A DNA stretch of 64,000 bases from Macrostomum lignano (Eukaryota), in contig NIVC01001646.1 of NCBI GenBank assembly GCA_002269645.1, forward strand, positions 1 through 64,000, read 5' to 3'. Of the stretch, positions 12,401-23,629 are shown one piece after another (the stretch's first letter is position 1; the number at the start of each line of letters is the position of its first letter). Under the pieces are notes generated by a model. It saw nothing but the letters and a program-made list of their open reading frames with translations. It did no database searches and was not told the origin of the DNA. The position numbers and the translations under genes are program-made.

Positions 12401-15400
12401 CAGTATGACATCCACAGTATGACATCCACAGTATGACATCCACAGTATGAAATCCACAGTATGACATCCACAGTATGACACCCAGAGTATGACATCCACA
12501 GTATGACATCCACAGTATGACATCCACAGTATGACATCCACAGTATGACATCCACAGTATGAAATCCACAGTATGACATCCACAGTATGACATCCGCAGT
12601 ATGACATGCATAGTATGACATCCACAGTGTGACATCCACAGTATGACATCCACAGTATGACATCCACAGTATGACATCCACAGTATGACATCCACAGTAT
12701 GACATCCACAGTATGACATCCACAGTATGACATCCGCAGTATGACATGCATAGTATGACATCCACAGTGTGACATCCACAGTATGACATCCACAGTATGA
12801 CATCCACAGTATGACATCCACAGTATGAAATCCACAGTATGACACCCAGAGTGTGACATCCACAGTATGACATCCACAGTATGACATCCGCAGTATGACA
12901 TGCATAGTATGACATCCACAGTGTGACATCCACAGTATGACATCCACAGTATGACATCCACAGTATGACATCCACAGTATGAAATCCACAGTATGACATC
13001 CACAGTATGACACCCAGAGTATGACATCCACAGTATGACATCCACAGTATGACATGCATAGTATGACATCCACAGTATGACATCCACAGTATGACATCCA
13101 CAGTATGACATCCACAGTATGAAATCCACAGTATGACATCCACAGTATGACATCCACAGTATGACATCCACAGTATGACATGCATAGTATGACATCCACA
13201 GTGTGACATCCACAGTATGACATCCGCAGTATGACATCCACAGTATGACATCCACAGTATGACATCCACAGTATGACATCCACAGTATGACATCCACAGT
13301 ATGACATCCACAGTATGACATCCACAGTATGACATCCACAGTATTGCGGCAGTACCCGAAGTCACACCCTGTGATGAACTGCGCAATTTAAAAGCGCACA
13401 AGTAGCAAAGCTTCACAGGTGCATCAGTGCACTGCGCATATTCAACCAGGAACATCTCACCAGTGCACTCAGTCTGTCCGTTTCAGCCGGAATCGACGCC
13501 ACAGCAGCTTCGGCAGCAGCGGCCGCAGCCCCGCCTTTGTCAGCAAAATCGGCGTGTTGACACGGGCAAAGCGACCAGAGTCCCGAGGCTGGCCGCCGAC
13601 GCCCACTGGCCGATGTAGCCGGCTTGTCAGACTGTGTCGGCGCTGTCAGCAGGTGCTGACGAAGGATTGCTGTCAGCTCGGAGAGACGGCGGACCCGGCT
13701 GGAGAGAGTGGGGAATTGGAATGATGAGGCTTAGAGGAATTCGATGGATATTTGCAGATAAAATCAAAGTGAACTGCATGATGAAGAGCCAGAGGCTTGT
13801 GGGATGAAAGTTGAAACTCAGAGGATTATCCAGGTGTTTAGGACAGAGTCAGTGATGCCGAGTTGAGAGTCAGAGTTCGTTGAGTAAAAGTCAGAGATTA
13901 TTTAGGTGAGAGTCAGGAGGTTAATCAGTGAAAGGCTAAAGGTTATTTAGTGAGAGTCGGAAGGTTAATTAGTGAGAGTCGGAAGGTTACTTTGTGAGCG
14001 TCAGAAGGTTAATTAGTGAGAGTCAGGCGGTTAATTAGGGAGAGTCACAAGGGTAATTAGTTAAAGGCAGAAATTGTTCAGGAGAGAGTTGGAGATCGCT
14101 GAGGTGAGAGTCAGAACCAGGTGACGCGAAAATTTGGGAGCCGTCTGGAACACCTGGAGACGGAATGTGGGCCATACGTACATGTCCACAAGTCCGGGAT
14201 CGACCAGGATGGCACCCCACTGCGCTGCTGGGTCTGAAATAGGAAAATAAAGTTGCCATACGTAAAGTCTGCGGTACGAGACACAGCTGTTGGCTATTGC
14301 ATCAATACAGTGCTACAGGAATGCCGTTAGTTACGAGATAAAAGTACAGCAGCAACACGCACGGGCACATATCTGAGCTCTTACATTGCTGCTGTCTGCC
14401 CGAAGCGCCTGTCTTGTCCAGCCACTGGCAAATGGCGATGGCCTCTGCAAATCGACAGATAAGAAAGAAAAAGTTCATATTTAGCGTTCAGTCAGCCTAC
14501 TGCTAGTAGTGTGACCGGTATGTCAATTTCGGGACATACATAGTTGCGTATGTACCTTGCGTTAAACTCTCTCCTCCAGGCCTTGACGAGATAGAAACGG
14601 AAAGAAGAAAAAACGTTTGAAAAAAAGAAACTATGGTGTCTCGCACGTTTTCCCTCACAGGCAGGTAGACAGCAGACATGCCAGGACAGGGCGATTCAGA
14701 TTTAGAAGATCGAAATGCATATTTAATTTGAGACGAGAATAACAGAATTCGGAAAAGTTGGCGACAGACGGGACTTTGTGTTTAGTTTCCTCCCACCCCC
14801 AGACGAGCGAGGCATCACAGCTCTGTGTGTGCGTGTGTGTGTGTGGGCGCCCTGAGCAGACAAACTGAGTCACCACAACAGTTTTGCCTTGCGCCAGAGG
14901 GAGACTGTGGGTGTAGGTATGTGGAAAACATGTTTGATGGGCAGTTTTCATTTCAAGTACCTTCATACTGCCTTCATTTCCAGTTCCTTCACTTCATTCA
15001 TTCCCAGTTCCTTCACTTCATTCATTCCCAGTTCCTTCACTTCATTCATTCCCAGTTCCTTCACTTCATTCATTTCCAGTACCTTTACTGCCTTCATTTG
15101 CAGTTCCTTCACTGCCTTCATTTGCAGTTCCTTCACTGCCTTCATTTCCAGTACCTTTACTGCCTTCATTTCCAGTACCTTTACTGCCTTCATTTCCAGT
15201 ACCTTTACTGCCTTCATTTGCAGTTCCTTTACTGCCTTCATTTCCAATACCTTTACTGCCTTCATTTCCAGTACCTTTACTGCCTTCATTTCCAGTACCT
15301 TTACTGCCTTCATTTGCAGTTCCTTTACTGCCTTCATTTCCAATACCTTTACTGCCTTCATTTCCAGTACCTTTACTGCCTTCATTTCCCTCTCCTTCAG

Positions 15401-16062
15401 TTTCTTTATTTTACGATCCCGTAGCTCCTTCATTTCCCGCACCTGCACTTCCAGCTCCTTCATTTCCCTCACCTGCACTTCCAGCTCCTTCATTTCCCGC
15501 ACCTGCACTTCCAGCTCCTTCATTTCCCGCACCTGCACTTCCAGCTCCTTCATTTCCCGCACCTGCACTTCCAGCTCCTTCATTTCCCGCACCTGCACTT
15601 CCAGCTCCTTCATTTCCCGCACCTGCACTGCCTACAATTTCGTCTCCTTCAACGCATCCCAAATTCTTCCTTCTTGAACTACTACTCAGCTCTTACAGTT
15701 CGGCCTGTTATTTTTAACTGTTTTTTCCAGCAACTCACCGTTAACAAACTTGCAGGTCGGATAGAAGAAGCCAAACTGCTGGTCGCCGATCTGTGTGAGC
15801 AGCTGCTCCTCGGACTGGTCCAGCGGGTCGAAACCGGCGTCCTGCAGCAGCCGGCTGAACCGCGGGTTCGACAGCCGGTGAACGTCGGCCTGGGAGAGCA
15901 TCTTCAGGGCAAATCCTAGTAACTACCGGTAAGACTCGAAATCTTTGCCGCATCTCTCTCACCTTCCGCTGCTCCATAAATATCAATTTTCTCTGCGCGG
16001 CAATTCGCCAATTCCCAAGGCGCTGCGAGGGTGCGGCCGTACCGACGCTCTTTCGTTGCCAT
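1035..16062 (-). CDS. DLC1/STARD13/STARD8 (crossveinless-c)-like SAM-RhoGAP-START protein, about 1067 aa, 11 coding exons
   Basis: Exons in transcript order: 16062-15963, 15915-15739, 14444-14385, 14233-14182, 13698-13461, 5986-5413, 3445-3184, 3101-2832, 2748-1994, 1854-1547, 1440-1035. All introns are GT-AG with matching phases, except that exon 9 is 2 nt short. SAM-like segment: EAIAICQWLDKTG...RVRRLSEL. DLC linker: KFRWSSF..SHRP...LQISGMSVTQL. RhoGAP: VFGMPL, GIFRRAGGK with the Arg finger, MTPSNLAVCLAPSLF. START: VDDGHPLRLWKA, SWDPD, SRVDLRGHSIEWY. The start codon and the exon-6 acceptor are the least certain parts. Confidence 0.9.
3636..3850 (+). mobile_element. tRNA-derived SINE with CORE-like domain (internally deleted copy)
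   Basis: A box TAGCCTAGTGG and B-box-like GAGTTCGATTC, then TGTGTCCTTGAGCAAAACACTT..GTAAAATGGGTACCAGCATTAGCTGGGGT, a 3' stem-loop ACATCTGCCC-AGTA-GGGCAGCTGT and an (ATT)-rich tail. Homologous to the copy at 20705-21001. Confidence 0.85.
4365..4988. repeat. 16-bp minisatellite (CACATTTCACAAGCTC / CACAGTTCACAAGCTC) with imperfect inverted ends; possible foldback/MITE-like element
   Basis: The tandem unit is visible at about 4390-4900. Inverted unit copies (GAGCTTGTGAAA) occur at about 4966-4977. The left end TGATGGGGCGTTTCACAA resembles the reverse complement of the right end (TGACGGGTTGCTTTCACAA). No TSD was found. Confidence 0.8.
6905..7065. repeat. 20-bp minisatellite (ATATGAGTGAATGGTTGATG), about 7 degenerate copies
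   Basis: Direct inspection. Confidence 0.8.
7880..8645. repeat. Polypurine GGGAGAA/GGGAGAT-type tandem repeat with longer internal duplications
   Basis: Almost pure G/A on the plus strand. It is the source of the low-complexity ORFs 7874-8781. Confidence 0.9.
9548..13342. repeat. 14-bp minisatellite (GACATCCACAGTAT), about 270 copies with recurrent variant units, inside intron 5 of the RhoGAP gene
   Basis: Head-to-tail units with no spacers. Variants include GACACCCAGAGTAT, GACATGCATAGTAT, GAAATCCACAGTAT, GACATCCGCAGTAT and GACATCCACAGTGT. Confidence 0.98.
13900..14065. repeat. Degenerate approximately 22-bp repeat (TAGTGAGAGTCGGAAGGTTAAT)
   Basis: Direct inspection; lies in intron 4 of the RhoGAP gene. 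Confidence 0.7.
14960..15630. repeat. Two adjacent related minisatellites: 24-bp (CCTTCATTTCCAGTACCTTTACTG) and 30-bp (CCAGCTCCTTCATTTCCCGCACCTGCACTT)
   Basis: The 24-bp array is at about 14960-15400 and the 30-bp array at about 15420-15630. Both share a CCTTCATTTCC core and lie in intron 2 of the RhoGAP gene. Confidence 0.92.
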
Positions 16063-16424
16063 TGACGACAGCCAATCAGATTGACCCGCGCGCGTAGTAC
16101 TTGAGCTTAGCTGACGGAGCAAGCGTATTATTATTTTTTTGCTTTTTTACTGCTTCTATTTTCTTCTGGAACTGGAAGAGAAGTGTTTCTCACCCGGGCT
16201 CCTGTGTTCTCACATTCCGTTTCTCTCTCTCTCTCTCTCTCATTTGCCTGGCACTGCTTTTTTGCGGTAGAGTTGCCTATTATAGAAGTAGTTTTCTTAC
16301 ACAAGGGACTCGCAATACGGGCAGGCTTCTAAAAGAAGTCGACATTTTTTGGTGCTACATGCGAATTTCTTGCGTGTGGTAGCTGTGAATTATGGTTGGC
16401 TATTATTGTATCGATTTTCTATGT

Positions 16425-16832
16425 CAGGGGTCGGCAGACTCCGGCCCGCAGAGCCTCTCCATCCGGCCCTCGGGTCCTCTGAAACTTCACAATAGCAATC
16501 CGGCTGGGTCAAGGTTGGTCTCTTTCTCTCCTCTCTTCCCTCCCATCTCTACACTCCTGCCCTCTCCTCTCATTCCTCTCTCCCCTCCTCTCTCTCCCCT
16601 CTCCCCTTCTTCTCTTCTCTCTCCGTCTCCTCTCCTATCTCCTCTCTTCCCTCTCTTCTCTCCCCTCTCCCCTCTCCTCTCTCTCATCTCTCCTTTTCTC
16701 TCCTTTTCTCTTTTCCCTTATCTCTTCACAAATCCCAATCCTCACCCCGTCTCTTCTCTCGTCTCTCATCTTCTATTGCCTCTCCTTTCCACTCTCATCT
16801 GGCCCGTGTGGCAAAAAGTCTGCCGACCCCTG
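16425..16832. mobile_element. Non-autonomous hAT (Charlie-like) MITE with CT-rich interior
   Basis: Perfect 16-bp TIRs CAGGGGTCGGCAGACT / AGTCTGCCGACCCCTG. Identical 8-bp TSD TTCTATGT at 16417-16424 and 16833-16840. Subterminal GGCCCG motifs are typical of Charlie-type MITEs. Confidence 0.92.
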
Positions 16833-18089
16833 TTCTATGTGGATGATTGTGACAATGATTAAAACTGGAAGAAATCAAATGAAACGCTATCAAAGAAATT
16901 TGCAAAGCTTTTATCTCTTCAAAATTTGGCTAATAGCTTTTTAGCTTCTACAGAAAGTAGAGATGCTCAAAGTGCGAGGTGAATCAGGCCGAATGCTCCT
17001 GGCCACTGCGCAATACAAAATTTTCGCCAAATATTGTGCCCAGAAACCCCAGTCAAAGTTCTAATTGCTACTTAGCGCCTCCTATAGCCTCAACTCTGAA
17101 ATGGACGGATTAATTAAAAAAAAATTGAAACTTACTTCCAAAGTGGTAAACGCAGACTCCCCGCCTAAAAGAACTGCTGCGTCATCGCATGACAGGGAAG
17201 GCTTGATACCTGTGCAATAGCCCAGTCACCTGCAGTTCTGAGCACCCAGAGCACCCTGCACCCCCGACGTCCCGTCCCTCCTTGGACAGGAATAGCCTAA
17301 ATAAACAAGCCATTTGTTTGCCTGTGCGAGCCGCAGAACTGTATTATAGCTCGACAATGTAAGACTCATTGTTGAGTTGCTCTGCCACTCCCCGTCTCGC
17401 CTCACCTGCAATTCTAAATCGCGTTTCTTCTTTCGCGCTGCGGGTGGTGTCTTCTGCTTTCAGTTTAAAGGCAGAGCGCGTGACTCATGGGCTGTGTCGC
17501 CTGCCCCTTCAATCCCCGAGTTGACATGCTGCAGCATGCATGCTCTTAGAGTCTGGCAACTCGGGTCTTCTGTCTCCTAGTAGACAGGCTGGCAACGCGA
17601 CCAAAAAAAGCCAGAAATATTTCGCCACAGAGCCGCAGGAAAACGTGAAAAAGGCAAAAAATATCACAATAGCAACGACGCGAACGTGGTTGAGATGAAT
17701 GGAAGAAAATATATGAAATAAGCATAAAAGAGAAGTTTAGCTGGGCAATAAATGACCATTTCATAACAATGCTGAAGCAGAGGAACTTGCTAATATTGAT
17801 ACTTGATACTTTGCTTATTTATGAGCGCCTTGGAAAGATTTTCCGAAAGAAATGCGCTTTGCAACACTCTTAGCCGTCTTAGTCATGATAATGTGCACTC
17901 GTCAGTGCCCGCCTCTAGCGAAAATTAAGTAAAATAAACTCTTGAAAACAAAGATAGCGAATATTGAGGATCTTAGCATCAAAACTACTTGTTAGGTTAG
18001 TAGGGCTACTGCGTCTGGAAAGCTTTTTTATGCATGAAAACTAACAAAAATTTAGATGCACTGTAACTGTGTCTGTCTCCCACAGATAG

Positions 18090-18550
18090 ATCTGTATGGG
18101 TGTATCTCTATGAGCATATCTCTTATCTCTATGGGTATATCTCTATGAGCGTATCTCTTATCTCTATGGGTATATCTCTATGAGCATATCTCTTATCTCT
18201 ATGGGTATATCTCTATGGGTATATCTCTATGGGCGTATCTCTTATCTAGCTATGGGTATATCTCTATGGGCAATCTCTTATCTCTATGGGTATATCTCTA
18301 TGAGCATATCTCATATCTCTATGGGTATATTTCTATGGGTATATCTCTATGGGTGTATCTCTATGGGTATATCTCTATGGGTGTATCTCTATTCGTATAT
18401 CTCTATGGGTATATCTCTATGGGTGTATCTCTATGGGTAGATCTCTATGGGTAGATCTCTATGGGTGTATCTCTATGGGTGTATCTCTATGGGTAGATCT
18501 CTATGGGTATATCTCCATGGGTAGATCCCTATGGGTATATCTCATATCTC
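18090..18550. repeat. 14-bp minisatellite (CTCTATGGGTATAT and variants)
   Basis: Direct inspection; about 300 bp upstream of the MATE ATG. Confidence 0.9.
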
Positions 18551-18864
18551 TGTGGGTAGCTCTAGAGAAAATATTTCTAGGAAAACTCAGCACACTATTC
18601 TAAATGCAAATATCAAGTTTCGAGAGAAGAGCAATTAAGAAATTATACACTTCACATCTTGTTAGACAAAGCTTCAATCCTCAGCTGATAGAATTTCTCC
18701 TGGACACAGAAGCGGGCGGCAGGTCAGTAGCCCTGTTCTAGTTTGTAATTTGCCTGTCACGACGCGTTCGAGAGGGAGGGTGGGAAATGGCGCATCAACG
18801 AATCTGTGTTTAAATTCTTGGCCTGCCTTGTCAGCACAGCGAGCCAGCCGATTCAACACAGGAA

Positions 18865-21800
18865 ATGCAGCAGCTCACCGAAGTTGAGGCTCAATACTCG
18901 TCGAGTCTGCGGCTTGAGCTGCGCAAGCTGTGGCAGCTGGCCTGGCCAGCAGTGCTCACCACCCTGCTGCAGTTCCTGCTGCAGTCCGTCAGCCTGGCCA
19001 TGTGCGGCCACTTGTCCAAGGAGGATCTGGATGCGGCCACGCTGGCCTGCAGTGTGAGCTCAGCTGAGTTGCTAGGTGTTTCGGACTCATTTTCTAAGAC
19101 GTTTCCTGGAATATTAGTACATTTTTCATGGAAGTTTCCTGGAAATATATTAAACATTTGCCAGGACTTTTCGTTGATGTTTCCTGGAATTTTAGTAGAT
19201 GTTTCCTAAAGTTTTATTGGGTGTTTCCTGGAATTCTAGTAGATGTTTCCTGGAATTTCAGTAGATGTTTCCTAGAATTTTAGTAGATGTTTCCTGGAAT
19301 TTCAGTAGATGTTTCCTGGAATTTCAGTAGATGTTTCCTGGAATTTTAGTAGATGTTTCCTGGAATTTCAGTAGATGTTTCCTGGAATTTCAGTAGATAT
19401 TTCCTCGAATTTTAGAAGATGTTTCCTGGAATTTTAGTAGATGTTTCCTAAAGTTTTATTGGGTGTTTCCTGGAATTCGAGTAGATGTTTCCTAGAATTT
19501 CAGTAGGTGTTTTCTAACATTTTAGTGGGTGTTTCCTGGAATTTTAGTAGATGTTTCCTAAAGTTTTATTGGGTGTTTCCTGGAAATCGAGTAGATGTTT
19601 CCTAGAATTTCAGTAGGTGTTTTCTAACATTTTAGTGGGTGTTTCCTGGAATTTTAGTAGATTTTTCCTAGTTTTCTAGTACGTGTAGATGTTTGGAATT
19701 CTAGAATTACTTGGAATTCAAGTAGGCGTTTCCTGGAATTTTAGTAGGTGTTTCCTAGAATTTCAGTAGATGTTTCCTGGAATGCTACTATGGATTTTTT
19801 CTGTAATTTTGCTAGATGTTTCCTGTCAGTACGCATAAATGCAACTGAAATACAAGGCATTTGTCAAGTATGTCAGTAGACGTCACTCTCTATTGGATTT
19901 CCTCAGCTAATCAATGTGGCGGGCATCGGAATCGGTGTTGGCATGTCCACCGCCTGCGACACGTTCTTCTCGCAGACTTTCGGCGGGCCGAACAAGAAGC
20001 GGGTCGGCATCCATCTGCAGAGAAGTCAGTCTCGTAAAGCAGTTGACATTTTTCATCCACTTTTAATGTTGTCATCCTTTAAAACTCTCTAAATTCCCCA
20101 GCATCTGAATTCCCCAGCATCTGAATTCCCCAGCATCTGAATTCCCCAGCATCTAAATTCCCCAGCATCTAAATTCCCCAGCATCTAAATTCCCCAGCAT
20201 CTAAATTCCCCAGCATCAGAATTCCCACAGCATCTAAATTCCCCAGCATCTAAATTCCCCTGCATCTGAATTCCCCAGAATCTAAATTCCCCAGCATCTA
20301 AATTTCCCAGCATCTAAATTCCCCAGCACCGAAATTCCCACAGCATCTCAATTCCCAAACACCTCAATTCTCGCAGTATCTAAATTCCTCTCTATTTGTT
20401 CATCGCGTGGTTCCCCAGCACCAAAATCCCAATGCGACCGCACTGCAAAAGATCCATTCCCAACCACCATGGTAGGCTTGCTAATAATGAACGCAGCTCT
20501 GGTGCCGATATTCTCTGTGATGCTCAACATTGAGAAGCTGCTGATTCTCATTGGCCAGGAGAGGCCCATCGCAATCAAAGCTGCCGACTATTTACTGCTA
20601 TTTCTGCCCGGATTCTTTGTACGCTTTTTTACTACTTTTCTACTATAAGTAGGAGGGACAGAGTAGTGTTTAAAGATGTTTTTAATTTGGACGAAAGCTT
20701 TTAAATATTAATTGATTACACCTGCCCTAATGGGCAGATGTGCAACCGACAGCTCAGCCGCAGCTATGGCGCGGCGCATCTGAAGGCTGCGTACGGCTGT
20801 TCAGTCCAAGGACTGGGGGGGTCGCCACACAGCCTCAATTACCCCAGCTAATGCTGGCACCCATTTTATAGCTGGGTGAACTGAAGCAATGCAGAGTTAA
20901 GTGTCTTGCTCAAGGACACAATTGTTCCGAGTGGGATCGGGAATCGAAGCCCAGACCTTTAAGTCGTGAGTCCGACGCTCTAACCACTAGGCTACAACCC
21001 CTGACAACTTCAATTTCCGAGCAGTTCGATTTCAACTTCTTGGTGCTGTCGCGCTACCTGCAAAATCAAAACCTGGTGCTGCCGCCGATGCTCTGCGCCA
21101 TGCTGGGCAATGTCTTCAACGCCACTGCGCAGTACGCGCTGATCTTCTGGTACGGCTTCGGCTATCGGGCCTCCGCTCTCTGCCAGGCTGCCTCGCTGGG
21201 CCTCATGCTCAGCCTGCTGCTGGCCTACGTGCTCATGTCCGGCATCTACTCGGACACCTGGCCGGGCCTCAGCTGGCAGGCGCTGACCGGCTGGACCGGT
21301 TTTGTCCGGCTGGGCCTGGCTGGGGTTGCGCTGGTCGCGCTGGAGGAATGGAGCTTCGAGATTGCCACTCTGGTGGCCGGGCTCATCTCCGACTCGCAGC
21401 TGGGTGCTCAGGGCGTTCTGTTCCAGCTGGAGGTCTGGACTTATATGGTGAGGCTGGTGAGGCTGCAATGCACCACTGCGTGCATCAGGTCCACCATATC
21501 TCTGGTTCTTTGTTTCCTCTTTATGTTTTTCTTGCAATCATTCACTTGTCTACCCGTCTCATGTCTCTGTCTACCTGTCTCATGTCTCTGTCTACCTGTC
21601 TCATGTCTCTGTCTACCTGTCTCATGTTTCTGTCTGCCTGTCTCATGTCTCTGTCTGCCTGTCTCATGTCTCTGTCTACCTGTCTCATGTCTCTGTCTAC
21701 CTGTCTCATGTCTCTGTCTACCTGTCTCATGTCTCTGTCTACCTGTTTCATGTCTGTCTACCTGTCTCATGTCTCTATCTACCTGTCTCATGTCTCTGTC

Positions 21801-23497
21801 TACCTGTCTCATCTCTGTATCTACCTGTCTCATCTCTGTGTCTACCTGTCTCATCTCTCTATCTAACTGTCTCATCTTTCTGTCTACCTGTCTCATCTCT
21901 CTATCTACCTGTCTCATCTCTGTCTACCTATCTCATCTCTCTGTCTACCTGTCTCATTTCTCTACCTACCTGTCTCATCTCCCTATCTACCTGTCTCATC
22001 TCTCTCTATCTTCCTGTCTCATGTCTCTGTCTACCTGTCTCATTTCTCTATCTATCTGTCTTATGTCTCTATCTATCTAGAAGTTTTATTCAATTAGTAC
22101 ACTCGACCCCCTCGGCCATCGGACGCAGATTCCTCTCGGCCTGTCCATCGCCGTGAACATTCGCGTCGGCCAGGAACTGGGCGCCGGACATGCTGGCCGA
22201 GCAAAGCTAGCCTACAAAGCCGGCTTGGTCATGGTTGGTGAGTCCGTCTTGTCTTATCTTTATAAAATAAAATCGATTGAGAAACATTGCGTGGCTATCA
22301 ACTCGAACAATTGCTGCTCCACCCCATTTTCAAGCGGTGACCGCCAGCCTTTCAGCAGCAGCGATTTTGCTCCTGCGGTTCCACCTTCCCATGCTGTTCA
22401 CCGCCAGCCAGGACGTCCGGGATCACGTGACCAGGGTCCTACCTCTCATGGCGGCGTTTCAACTCTCCGACGGACTGTCTGTGAGTTTGATCCTGCTCCG
22501 TATGCCCGTGTTTATAACTCTAAGTAGGCAATGAACCGAAGACTGTCAAACGGTTCTCCATCTGAGGTCATTGAATAGACTCCATGTACTCACTCTACCT
22601 CCTCTATGAGGGCATTGAACAAAGACTCCGTGTACTCATTCTACCTCCTCTATGAGGGCATTGAACAAAGACTCCGTGTACTCATTCTACCTCCTCTATG
22701 AGGGCATTGAACAAAGACTCCGTGTACTCATTCTACCTCCTCTATGAGGGCATTGAACATAGACTCCGTGTACTCATTCTACCTCCTCTATGAGGGCATT
22801 GAACAAAAACTCCGTGTACTCATTCTACCTCCTCTATGAGGGCATTGAACAAAGACTCCGTGTACTCATTCTACCTCCTCTATGAGGGCATTGAACAAAG
22901 ACTCCGTGTACTCATTCTACCTCTATGAGGGCATTAAACAAAGACTCCGTGTACTAATTCTACCTCCTCAATGAGGGCATTAAACAAAGACTCCGTGTAC
23001 TCATTCTACCTCCTCAATGAGGGCATTAAACAAAGACTCCGTGTACTAATTCTATCTCATTTCTCTCATTCTACCTTCAAATCAAACAGGCGGTTTCAGG
23101 CGGCGCTCTGCGCGGCTGCGGCCGGCAAGCCGCCGGAGCCCTCGTCAACTTTGTCGGCTTCTACGCTCTGGCGCTGCCAATCGGAGTGCCGCTCGCGTTG
23201 CCGGCCGGCTGGGGCATCCCAGGCCTGTGGCTCGGTCTCCTGCTGGGTCTAACAGCTGAGGCCGTCCTCCTGCTGACGTTCACCCTCTGCCTGCTCGACT
23301 GGCGAGCCGAGGCGGAGCGGGCCCAGGATCGAGCCCTGGGCGAGTCGGAGCGCCTGCCGCTGCTGAACTCAGCCGGAGACCCCGACGCCTGCCGGTTGAA
23401 ACGGAGTTGGTGCCGAGTCGCTGCAGGGAAGCTGGCGGTGCTGGCCGTCCTGTTCCTGGTGCTGGCTGGCGCTTTGACCGCCAGGTTCCTGTTGTGA
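18865..23497 (+). CDS. MATE / SLC47A-family multidrug and toxin extrusion transporter, 511 aa, 7 exons
   Basis: Exons 18865-19053, 19907-20024, 20476-20618, 21025-21447, 22129-22237, 22335-22480 and 23090-23497 total 1536 nt, and all phases match. Motifs: [48 protein letters not shown] (conserved Glu), [42 protein letters not shown]-terminal 13th hydrophobic helix is present, as in animal SLC47. Confidence 0.95.
19095..19800. repeat. 22-bp minisatellite (GTTTCCTGGAATTTTAGTAGAT) in MATE intron 1
   Basis: Direct inspection. Confidence 0.92.
20093..20385. repeat. 16-bp minisatellite (CCCCAGCATCTAAATT) in MATE intron 2
   Basis: Direct inspection. Confidence 0.92.
20705..21001 (-). mobile_element. 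tRNA-derived SINE with CORE-like domain (near full-length) in MATE intron 3
   Basis: The reverse complement reads GGGTTGTAGCCTAGTGGTTAGAGCGTCGGACTCACGACTTAAAGGTCTGGGCTTCGATTCCC (A and B boxes), then TGTGTCCTTGAGCAAGACACTTAACTCTGCATTGCTTCAGTTCACCCAGCTATAAAATGGG (CORE-like), and ends in the stem-loop ACATCTGCCC-ATTA-GGGCAGGTGT followed by AATCAATTAAT. Confidence 0.88.
21540..22078. repeat. 21-bp minisatellite (TGTCTACCTGTCTCATGTCTC) in MATE intron 4
   Basis: Direct inspection; explains the CLPVS tail of ORF 21040-22080. Confidence 0.92.
22575..23070. repeat. 46-bp minisatellite (GAACAAAGACTCCGTGTACTCATTCTACCTCCTCTATGAGGGCATT), about 10 copies, in MATE intron 6
   Basis: Head-to-tail with no spacers; ends immediately before the polypyrimidine tract of exon 7. 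Confidence 0.93.
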
Positions 23498-23629
23498 CTG
23501 CAGGCTAAACTAATCTCGTATTAACAACCAACCTAGATTGTGACAACACGCTGATGAACCGATCGATTGACTCGTAAGGAGAACCACCGATTTTATGCGT
23601 ACTGAATGGTACAGCTGATGTAATAAAAC

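Noticed and set aside
9515-13455. Three ORFs of more than 1260 aa (MDVILWMSYCGCHTV)n, Cys/His-rich
   Set aside because: The 14-bp unit has no stop on the minus strand, so all three frames are open and give the same peptide. The array sits inside a phase-consistent intron, so this is not evidence of coding.
14963-15628. Coiled-coil-looking K/E-rich ORF (EMKELEVQVR / EMKAVKVL) on the RhoGAP strand
   Set aside because: It is a product of 30- and 24-bp units. An in-frame TAG lies just upstream in a degenerate unit, there is no convincing exon boundary, and the flanking exons already join in phase.
17226-18859. Short minus-strand ORFs and exon-like pieces between the RhoGAP and MATE genes
   Set aside because: No consistent splice chain, start codon or recognisable domain could be assembled. 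A small gene or UTR exons cannot be excluded without RNA data.
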